A DNA stretch of 59,066 nucleotides, from assembly GCA_964507655.1 (NCBI GenBank), contig CAZDSL010000001.1, positions 1 through 59,066 of the forward strand, written 5' to 3'. Below the pieces are notes generated by a model. The model ran no database searches. It worked only from the letters and a program-made list of their open reading frames with translations, and was not told the origin of the DNA. Below are positions 52,007 to 59,066 of this stretch, piece after piece; within the stretch, counting starts at the first letter, position 1, and each line of letters starts with the position of its first letter. The position numbers and the translations under genes are program-made. The DNA is from an uncultured Mycobacteriaceae bacterium (GTDB taxonomy: Bacteria > Actinomycetota > Actinomycetes > Mycobacteriales > Mycobacteriaceae).

Positions 52007-53397
52007 TGCGCCGCGAAGCTGCGCGGCACCACCGTCAGCAGGATCAGCGCCGTCGCGACGGCCGCGATGAGCAGCCCCACGAAGGTGGCGTGCGTGGCGG
52101 CGTTCATGGCCACGGCGGGCGCGTCGCCGGCGTGCCGGCGCAGCACCGCGTTGGTGATCGCCCCGAACACCGCCGCGCCCAGCGACTGGCCCAGGTAGCG
52201 GGCGAACATGGCGCCGCCGGTGATCGTGCCGCGTTCCGACCAGCCGACGGTGTTCTGCAGCCCCACCAGCAGCGGTGAGAGGATCAGCCCCATCCCGGCA
52301 CCCATGAGCGCGCTGCCCAGCACCGGCTGCCACACCGGTGAGTGCACCCCGAGCAGGCTGAACACCATCCCCGATGCGATGGCGAAGCCGGTGCCGATCA
52401 GCGCCGTGTCGCGGAACCCCACGCGCATGTACAGCCGCGCCGACAGTGCCGAGGCGGTGGGCCAGGTGAGGCTCATCGTGGCCAGCACGAACCCGGCGGG
52501 CACCGCGCCCAGGCCGAGCACCTGCTGCGCCCAGTTGGGCAGGTAGATCGACAGTCCGATCACCATCATCCCGGCGCTGAGCGTGGCCGCGTACGAGCCG
52601 GCGGGCAGGCGCCGCGCCCACAGGTGCAGCGGCAGGATCGGCTCGGCGGCGCGGCGCTCCACCACCACGGTGCCCACGGCCGCGGCGGCGGAGGCGACGA
52701 ACACGACGATGCTGGGCGCCGACCCCCACGCCCATGCGGTGCCGCCCTGCAGCAGCCCCAGGATCAGCAGCGACGCGGCCGCCAGCACCCCCAGCGCGCC
52801 CGCGAAGTCGATGCGGTGGCGGCGGCGCTCCACCTCCTCGTGCAGCAGCCGCGCCAGCAGCGCCAGCGCCAGCGCCCCGATGGGCAGGTTGACCAGGAAG
52901 ATCCACCGCCACGAGAGGAACTGGGCGAACGCGCCGCCGATCGCCGGCGCCACCACCGCCGACACGCCCCACACGCTGGACAGGTAGCCCTGGATGCGGC
53001 CGCGTTCGCGCACGCTGTACATGTCGCCCGCCACCGTGTTGACCGTGGCGCCGATCGAGCCGGCGCCGAACCCCTGCAGCGCGCGGAACACGATGAGCGC
53101 AGGCATGCTCCACGCCAGCGCGGAGGCGAGCGAGCCCAGCAGGAACAGCGCGATGCCGAACAGCAGCACCGGCTTGCGCCCGTAGAGGTCGGCCAGCTTG
53201 CCGTAGACGGGGATCGTCACCGTCTGCGCGAGCATGTAGACCGAGAACACCCAGCCGATCTGCGAGAAGCCGCCCAGGTCGCCCACCACCTGCGGGATCG
53301 CGGTGGCGACGATGGTGGTGTCCATGGCCACCAGGGCCATCGACAGGATCAGCGCGGCGAGCACGGGCGTGCGCGCGTCGTGCCGGATCCCTGCCAT
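51994..53397 (-). CDS. DHA2/MDR-type MFS transporter
   Basis: DTTIVATAIP, GKLADLYGRK, WRWIFLVNLP; ATG 53397. Confidence 0.9.
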   Translation of the reverse strand: MAGIRHDARTPVLAALILSMALVAMDTTIVATAIPQVVGDLGGFSQIGWVFSVYMLAQTVTIPVYGKLADLYGRKPVLLFGIALFLLGSLASALAWSMPALIVFRALQGFGAGSIGATVNTVAGDMYSVRERGRIQGYLSSVWGVSAVVAPAIGGAFAQFLSWRWIFLVNLPIGALALALLARLLHEEVERRRHRIDFAGALGVLAAASLLILGLLQGGTAWAWGSAPSIVVFVASAAAAVGTVVVERRAAEPILPLHLWARRLPAGSYAATLSAGMMVIGLSIYLPNWAQQVLGLGAVPAGFVLATMSLTWPTASALSARLYMRVGFRDTALIGTGFAIASGMVFSLLGVHSPVWQPVLGSALMGAGMGLILSPLLVGLQNTVGWSERGTITGGAMFARYLGQSLGAAVFGAITNAVLRRHAGDAPAVAMNAATHATFVGLLIAAVATALILLTVVPRSFAAHAAG

Positions 53398-53496
53398 GGA
53401 TCCAGGATGGCACCGACCCCGCCGGCGGCACGGGCGAAGCGCCGCGGCCGGCGGGCCCGCGTGGGACGATCGGCCCAGCGCGTGCGAGGAGGCCCG

Positions 53497-54354
53497 ATGC
53501 CCGACTACCGGCGGCCGATCACCTTCGGCTGGTTCCCCACCCCCGACGCCGGCGCCGCGGAGTCCGTGGTGCGCGGGGCGGTGCTGTGCGATCGGCTGGG
53601 CTTCGACCTCATCGGGGTGCAGGACCATCCCTACCAGCGCCGGTTCCTCGACGCGTGGACGCTGCTGTCGGTGCTCGGCGCCCGCACCTCGCGCATCGGC
53701 CTGTTCCCCGACGTGGCGAGCCTGCCGCTGCGGCCTCCCGCGGTGCTGGGGCAGGCGGCCGCGAGCCTTGACGTGCTCACGGGCGGGCGCGTCGAGCTGG
53801 GGCTGGGCGCGGGCGCGTTCTGGGACGCGATCGCGGCGATGGGCGGGCCGCGGCGCACCCCGGGCGACGCCGTGACCGCGCTGGCGGAGGCGATCGGCGT
53901 GCTGCGGCGGATGTGGAGCGGCGAGCGGGCCGTGCGCACCGAGGGCCGCTTCTACCCGCTTGCCGGGGTGCACCCGGGGCCCGTGCCGGCGCACCCGATC
54001 GGCATCTGGGTGGGCGGGTACAAGCCGCGCATGCTGCGGCTGGTGGGCTCGGCCGCCGACGGCTGGCTGCCCTCGCTCGGCTACATCGACGCGGCCGGCA
54101 TCGACGCGGCGTGCGCGCGGATCGACGACGCCGCGGACGCCGCGGGCCGCGCGCCCGGGGACATCCGCCGCATCCTCAACCTCAACGGTCAGGTGGCGCA
54201 GGCCGACCTGGTGCCGGTGTGCACCGAGCTGGCGGTGGAGCACGGCATCGACACCTTCGTCCTCGACGCCGAGCCCGCCGAGGCGGCGCTGCGTGCGCTG
54301 GCGGAGGAGACCATGCCCGCCGTCCGCGAGGCCGTGGCGGGGGCGCGCGGCTGA
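53497..54354 (+). CDS. LLM-class flavin-dependent oxidoreductase
   Basis: GFDLIGVQDH, LDVLTGGRVELGLGAG, ADGWLP; RBS GAGGAGG. Confidence 0.88.
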   Translation: MPDYRRPITFGWFPTPDAGAAESVVRGAVLCDRLGFDLIGVQDHPYQRRFLDAWTLLSVLGARTSRIGLFPDVASLPLRPPAVLGQAAASLDVLTGGRVELGLGAGAFWDAIAAMGGPRRTPGDAVTALAEAIGVLRRMWSGERAVRTEGRFYPLAGVHPGPVPAHPIGIWVGGYKPRMLRLVGSAADGWLPSLGYIDAAGIDAACARIDDAADAAGRAPGDIRRILNLNGQVAQADLVPVCTELAVEHGIDTFVLDAEPAEAALRALAEETMPAVREAVAGARG

Positions 54355-54388
54355 GCGCCGTCGGCCCCGCAACCCGGCCCGCCGCGTG

Positions 54389-55813
54389 CTAGCGCGTGAT
54401 CATCGACTCCAGCATCTCGGCGAACCCCTCCGGGTACAGCGGCGCCTCGGGCTCGGGCCGGCCGGCGGGCGCGTGGAAGACGGTGCGCGCGTGGCTGAAC
54501 TCCACGAACCCCTCGCGCCCGTGGTAGTGCCCCATGCCCGACGCGCCGACCCCGCCGAACGGCGCATCCTCGAGGCCCGGGTGCAGCATGAGCCCGTTGA
54601 TCGTCACGCCGCCCGAGGTGGTGGTGTCGAGCACGCGCTCGCGCTCGGCCTCGTCGGTGCCCAGCCAGTACAGGGCCAGCGGCTCGGGGCGCCCGCCCAG
54701 CTCGGCGAGCACGTCGTCGAGCCGGTCGTAGCCGAGCACCACCACGGCGGGTCCGAAGATCTCCTCGCGCATGATCACGGCGTCGGCAGGCGGCTCCACC
54801 ACCACGTGCAGGGGGATGCGCCGGCCGTCGGGCCGCTCGTCGGGCACGGTGACGACGCGGGCGCCGCGGCCGCGGGCGTCGTCGATGTAGCCGAGCACGC
54901 GCGCGGCATGCCGGTCGTCCACCACACTGATCGCCCCCGGGTTGCCGTGCACGGTGGGCACCAGCCGCCCGTAGGCGCCGGTGAGCGAGTCGACGAAGGC
55001 GTCGACGTCCTCGCGCGGCACGAACACCAGGTCGGCGTTGACGCACAGCTGCCCGGCGTTGGAGGCCTTGGCCCCGGCGACGGTGCGCGCGGCGGTGTCG
55101 ATGTCGGCCGAGCGCGAGACGATCGTCGGCGACTTGCCGCCCAGCTCCAGCGTCACCGGCACCAGGTTCTGCGCCGCCCCGCGCATCACCTCTTTGCCGA
55201 TGGCGGTGCTGCCCGTGAACACGATGTGGCCGAAGGGGCGCCGGGTGAATTCGCCGGCGAACGCGGGCCCGCCGGTGACCACCGCGACGTCGAGCGGGTC
55301 GATGCGCTCCGCGAACAGCCGGGCGATGGTCCCGGCCGTGCGCGGCACCACCTCGGACGGCTTGAGCACGGCGCGGTTGCCGGCCGCGAGCGCGTAGGCG
55401 AGGGGGCTGAGCAGCGTGAACACGGGCGCGTTCCAGGTGCCGAGGATGCCCACGGTGCCCTTGGGGCGGTAGCGGACCTCGGCAGTGGCGCCGTGGGCGT
55501 CGTACGGCGCGTAGGCGCGGCGCGGCTGCGGCGCCATCCACTCCTCGAGGCCGTCGCGGGCGGCCTTGAGCGAGGTCAGCGAGCCCAGGATGTCGTTCAT
55601 GATCGAGTAGCCGCGGTGCCGGCCGCCGAAGTCGGCGTCGATGGCGTCGACGATGTCGCGGTACCCGTCCACCAGCAGGTCGATCACCGCCTGGATGCGG
55701 GCCCGCCGGGCGTCCGCGGTGGGCAGCCCCTCGGCCTGCAGCGACGCGCGCTGGCGGGCGAGGACGTCGTCGAGCGAATCCAGTGCCGTGGCGGCGGCGG
55801 TGTCTGCGGTCAT
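54389..55813 (-). CDS. Aldehyde dehydrogenase (coniferyl aldehyde dehydrogenase-like)
   Basis: LKPSE, FTGS, LELGGKSP, GQLC, EEIFGP, PFGGVGASG. Confidence 0.9.
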   Translation of the reverse strand: MTADTAAATALDSLDDVLARQRASLQAEGLPTADARRARIQAVIDLLVDGYRDIVDAIDADFGGRHRGYSIMNDILGSLTSLKAARDGLEEWMAPQPRRAYAPYDAHGATAEVRYRPKGTVGILGTWNAPVFTLLSPLAYALAAGNRAVLKPSEVVPRTAGTIARLFAERIDPLDVAVVTGGPAFAGEFTRRPFGHIVFTGSTAIGKEVMRGAAQNLVPVTLELGGKSPTIVSRSADIDTAARTVAGAKASNAGQLCVNADLVFVPREDVDAFVDSLTGAYGRLVPTVHGNPGAISVVDDRHAARVLGYIDDARGRGARVVTVPDERPDGRRIPLHVVVEPPADAVIMREEIFGPAVVVLGYDRLDDVLAELGGRPEPLALYWLGTDEAERERVLDTTTSGGVTINGLMLHPGLEDAPFGGVGASGMGHYHGREGFVEFSHARTVFHAPAGRPEPEAPLYPEGFAEMLESMITR

Positions 55814-55984
55814 GCGGGACGCTCCTCACGCGTGCGGGCGGCCGAGCTGGGCCGCGCGGTGTACACCGCCGACGCTAGGCCCGGTGTGAGCCGGCCTACA
55901 TTCCGGTCCTACCCAGTGGAATCCCACTGAGCCGCATGCCGATCCGCCGGTACACCAGTGATAACGACGTCGTCAGGAGGAGCA

Positions 55985-57106
55985 ATGCGCACACGGGGAG
56001 CGGTCATCCGGCAGGCACCGGGCGTCTACGAGGTGGCGGAGATGGAGCTCGACGAGCCGCGCCGCGACGAGGTCCTGGTGCGCATGGTGGCGTCGGGCCT
56101 GTGTCACTCGGATCTGCACATCGCGGCCGGCGACCACGCGGTGCACAACTACCCGATCTGCGGCGGGCACGAGGGTGCGGGCGTCGTCGAGGCGGTGGGG
56201 CCCGGCGCCGACCGGTTTGCGGTGGGCGACCACGTGGTGTTCTCGTTCCTCGCCGCGTGCGGCACGTGCCGCTGGTGCGCCTCGGGCATGCAGAACCTGT
56301 GCGACCGGGGCGCGGCGATCATGACGGGCGGCCGGCCCGACGACCCGGACAGCCACCGTCTCACCCTCGACGGCGCGCCGGTGGGGCAGACGTGCGGGCT
56401 GTCCACCTTCAGCGAGTACACGACGGTGCACGTCGACAACGTGATCCCGGTGCGCGACAAGGACCTGCCGCTCGACCGGCTGTGCCTGCTGAGCTGCGGC
56501 GTCGGCACCGGCTGGGGCGCGGCCGTCAACTCGGCGCAGGTGTACCCGGGGCAGACGGTGATCGTCATGGGCACCGGCGGCGTGGGCATCAACGCGGTGC
56601 AGGGCGCGGCGCACGCGGGGGCGGCGCGCATCATCGCGGTCGACCCGGTGGCGTTCAAGCGCGAGAGCGCGCTGCGGCTGGGCGCCACGCACGCCGTGGC
56701 GGGCATCGAGGAGGCGGCCGAGCTGGCGCGCACGTTCACCAACGGGCAGGGCGCCGACGCGGCGATCGTCACCGTCGGCAACACCACCGGCGAGCACATC
56801 GCGCAGGCGTTCTCCGCGATCCGCAAGGCCGGCGTGTGCGTGGTGACGGGGCTGGGGCCGATGAGCGACGTGGGCGTGCCGATCAGCCCGCTCGAGCTCA
56901 CGCTGTACCAGAAGCGCCTCGTCGGCTCGCTGTTCGGCGCCTCGAACCCCACCGCCGACATCCCCTGGATGATCGACATGTACACCGCCGGCAAGCTCGA
57001 GCTCGACTCGCTCGTCACCAGCACCTACACCCTCGACCAGGTGGCCAAGGGCTTCGAGGACATGGAGGCGGGGGCGAACCTGCGCGGCGTGATCCTGTTC
57101 GACTGA
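55985..57106 (+). CDS. Zn-dependent (NDMA-dependent-like) alcohol dehydrogenase
   Basis: GLCHSD, GGHEGAG, CGTCRWC..C, CGVGTGWG; RBS AGGAGG before ATG 55985. Confidence 0.9.
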   Translation: MRTRGAVIRQAPGVYEVAEMELDEPRRDEVLVRMVASGLCHSDLHIAAGDHAVHNYPICGGHEGAGVVEAVGPGADRFAVGDHVVFSFLAACGTCRWCASGMQNLCDRGAAIMTGGRPDDPDSHRLTLDGAPVGQTCGLSTFSEYTTVHVDNVIPVRDKDLPLDRLCLLSCGVGTGWGAAVNSAQVYPGQTVIVMGTGGVGINAVQGAAHAGAARIIAVDPVAFKRESALRLGATHAVAGIEEAAELARTFTNGQGADAAIVTVGNTTGEHIAQAFSAIRKAGVCVVTGLGPMSDVGVPISPLELTLYQKRLVGSLFGASNPTADIPWMIDMYTAGKLELDSLVTSTYTLDQVAKGFEDMEAGANLRGVILFD

Positions 57107-57119
57107 GCGCGCCCGGCTG

Positions 57120-57225
57120 CCCCCCTGCGTGCCCCTTTGTGCCCGCCCCCCTGCGTGCCCCTTTGCGCCCGCGTTCGGTTAACCCTTGGCAGATTTCCCG
57201 GTGCGGAATCTGCCAAGGGTTAACC
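57120..57225. repeat. 26-bp tandem repeat followed by a 19-bp inverted repeat (bidirectional terminator/REP-like)
   Basis: CCCCCCTGCGTGCCCCTTTG(T/C)GCCCG x2 (57120-57171); GGTTAACCCTTGGCAGATT / AATCTGCCAAGGGTTAACC (57177-57225). Confidence 0.75.
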
Positions 57226-57247
57226 AAACGCGTGGGGGGGGGACGGC

Positions 57248-57724
57248 TCAGGCGTTGCGCAGTTCGTCGATGATGATGCGCCGCTGCTCGAGCAGCACCC
57301 GGATCTGCTCGGGCCGGCGGATCAGCTCGTCCATCCCGGCGGGGATGATCTGCCAGCTCACGCCGAAGCGGTCGCGGCACCAGCCGGCCTGCTCGTAGAC
57401 CGGCACGTGCGAGAGCGCCTCCCAGTAGTGGTCGATCTCGGCCTGGTCGGCGCAGGTGATGACGAACGACACCGCCTCGGTGAACGTGAACAGCGGCCCG
57501 CCGTCGAGGCAGACGAAGTCGACCCCGTCCAGGACGAACTGCCCGTGCAGCACCCGGCCCGACATGCCCTCGAAGTGCGGGTCGATCGACTCGTCGGGGT
57601 ATTCGACGATCGAGACGATGCGCGAGCGGGGGAACACGCCCACGTAGTACTCCATCGCCTCGCGGGCCTGGTCGTTGAACCACAGGCACGGCTGGATCGT
57701 GGCGGTCCTGAAGACGGTGCTCAC
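57248..57724 (-). CDS. VOC family (PhnB / 3-demethylubiquinone-9 3-MT-like) protein
   Basis: IQPCLWF..QA.EA..YY, DGGP.F.F.EAVS, GWCRDRFGVSWQI; GTG 57724 after GAAAGG. Confidence 0.85.
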   Translation of the reverse strand: MSTVFRTATIQPCLWFNDQAREAMEYYVGVFPRSRIVSIVEYPDESIDPHFEGMSGRVLHGQFVLDGVDFVCLDGGPLFTFTEAVSFVITCADQAEIDHYWEALSHVPVYEQAGWCRDRFGVSWQIIPAGMDELIRRPEQIRVLLEQRRIIIDELRNA

Positions 57725-57884
57725 TGGTGGCCTTTCGTCGTGCTCTGCCCCGACATGGTGCCGCATCGCCCATTCGGCGCCCGCCCCGGCCCGCGTCACT
57801 TAGCCCAGCCTTGCCTTATGCGCCCCGTGTGGTCCACCATATGGCGTAGACCATTGCGGCAAACACCACCCGGAGGCAGGTCCG

Positions 57885-58673
57885 ATGACCGTCAGCATCC
57901 CGCTCTCGCAGCGACCCGTCGAAGACCTGCCCGGCCACTGGCTGCTGGCCCGGCTGGGCAAGCGCGTGCTGCGCCCCGGCGGCCGCGTCCTCACCGAGAA
58001 CCTGCTGGCCGCGGCCAGGATCCCGGGCGCCGACGTGGTGGAGCTCGCGCCCGGCCTGGGCCGCACCGCGTCGCTCATCGTCGAGGACGGCCCGCGCAGC
58101 TACACGGGCGTGGACGAGGACCCCGACGCCGTCGCGTCGACGGGCGCCGTCGTGGGCGCGCGCGGCACCGTGGTCGAGGCGCCCGCCGCGACGACCGGGC
58201 TGGACGACGCCAGCGCCGACCTGGTGGTGGGCGAGGCGATGCTCACCATGCAGGGCGCCAAGGGCAAGACGGCGATCGTCGAGGAGGCGCACCGCGTGCT
58301 GCGCCCCGGCGGCCGCTACGCGATCCACGAGCTGGCGCTCGAGCCCGACACCCTCGACGACGAGCAGAAGACCGAGATCCGCAAGGCGCTGGCCCGCTCG
58401 ATCAAGGTCAACGCCCGCCCGCTCACCACGGCCGAGTGGCGCGCGCTGTTCGAGGAGCACGGGTTCCGGGTGGAGACCGTCGACCACGCGCCGATGGCCC
58501 TGCTGCGGCTCGGCCGCAACCTCGAGGACGAGGGGCTGCTGGGGGTGCTGAAGATCGGGGTGAACCTGGTGCGCAACCCGGCCGCGTTCCGCCGCGTCGC
58601 GGGCATGTGGAAGGTATTCACCCGCTACGAGAAGCAGATGTCGGCGATCGCGCTGGTCGCGGTGAAGCAGTGA
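57885..58673 (+). CDS. Class I SAM-dependent methyltransferase
   Basis: LGKRVLRPGG, VVELAPGLGRT, GEAMLTM, RVLRPGG. Confidence 0.85.
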   Translation: MTVSIPLSQRPVEDLPGHWLLARLGKRVLRPGGRVLTENLLAAARIPGADVVELAPGLGRTASLIVEDGPRSYTGVDEDPDAVASTGAVVGARGTVVEAPAATTGLDDASADLVVGEAMLTMQGAKGKTAIVEEAHRVLRPGGRYAIHELALEPDTLDDEQKTEIRKALARSIKVNARPLTTAEWRALFEEHGFRVETVDHAPMALLRLGRNLEDEGLLGVLKIGVNLVRNPAAFRRVAGMWKVFTRYEKQMSAIALVAVKQ

Positions 58674-59066
58674 CGGTGGCGGGGCCGCGGCCGGACCTGG
58701 ACGGGCCGGACCTGGACGGGCCGGCGCACGGCGAGCACTACCGCGCCGGGGAGGACGCCGACGCGCGCTTCGGCGACGACGGCCGCTTCGCCGACGACCC
58801 GGCCGCCCCGCCGCCCCCGCACGGCGTGAACTGGCCGACGGTGCTCGCCTCGGCGGGCGTGGCCGCGGTGATCTCGGCGATCATCCTCAGCATCGGGGTG
58901 GTGGGCCTGCACCGCGCCTCCGACTCCGCCGCGCAGCCTGCGGTGGTGCGGGTGGTCACCGACGGCGGCGAGGCCGACGCCCCCGCGGCGGACCCGGCCG
59001 CCGACCCGTCCGCTGCGGCGGCCGCGGCGCCGGAGGAGACGGCGGCCGCCCCGGCACCCGCGGCGG
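58670..59066 (+). CDS. Hypothetical single-TM protein (3' end outside window)
   Basis: Open frame from GTG 58670 overlapping the upstream stop; VNWPTVLASAGVAAVISAIILSIGVVGL hydrophobic segment, Ala/Pro-rich tail. Confidence 0.55.
   Translation, partial: MTVAGPRPDLDGPDLDGPAHGEHYRAGEDADARFGDDGRFADDPAAPPPPHGVNWPTVLASAGVAAVISAIILSIGVVGLHRASDSAAQPAVVRVVTDGGEADAPAADPAADPSAAAAAAPEETAAAPAPAA

Noticed and set aside
57830-57853. Imperfect palindrome TGGTCCACCATATGGCGTAGACCA upstream of the methyltransferase
   Set aside because: Plausible operator but no cognate regulator or second copy in the window
58689-58724. 15-bp tandem repeat
   Set aside because: In-frame coding repeat (PDLDG x2) in the last ORF

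Overview
High-GC actinobacterial (Mycobacteriales-like; genus not determinable) chromosomal window close to oriC. 1-14.5 kb is the conserved cell-division/signalling block ppiA-rhomboid-PH protein-crgA-DUF881-pabA/trpG-pknB-pknA-pbpA-rodA-pstP-fhaB-fhaA-tRNA-Leu(CAG), with two DnaA-box clusters flanking the Rv0010c-like gene. From the tRNA terminator (~14.56 kb) to ~45.3 kb lies a ~31 kb mosaic heavy-metal island: an intact IS256-family (IS1249-like) element, a serine resolvase, a pair of Cre-like tyrosine recombinases (one apparently inactive) with an 11-6-11 site, a yybP-ykoY (Mn2+) riboswitch-controlled CaCA antiporter, KmtR-like repressors with an NreB-like MFS and an atypical P1B-ATPase, copZ-copA-copZ, CsoR, a CopRS-like two-component system with a multicopper oxidase, ars remnants, and Tn3/IS3 scars. 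The standout is an 8-gene complex I-like operon (nuoA, a NuoB/NuoD-like fusion with a His/Met-rich linker, nuoH, J, K, L, M, N) that has the ion-translocating membrane arm but no NADH module, no Fe-S ligands and a degenerate quinone site, and that carries a CsoR/RicR-type operator in its promoter: a candidate copper-responsive, redox-uncoupled ion-translocating complex. After 45.3 kb, host-like metabolic genes resume (NYN, DLH, DsbA-like, SDR, YoaK, TrxB-methyltransferase fusion, MFS, LLM, ALDH, ADH, VOC, methyltransferase). All family calls are from motif recognition by eye; no database searches were run.
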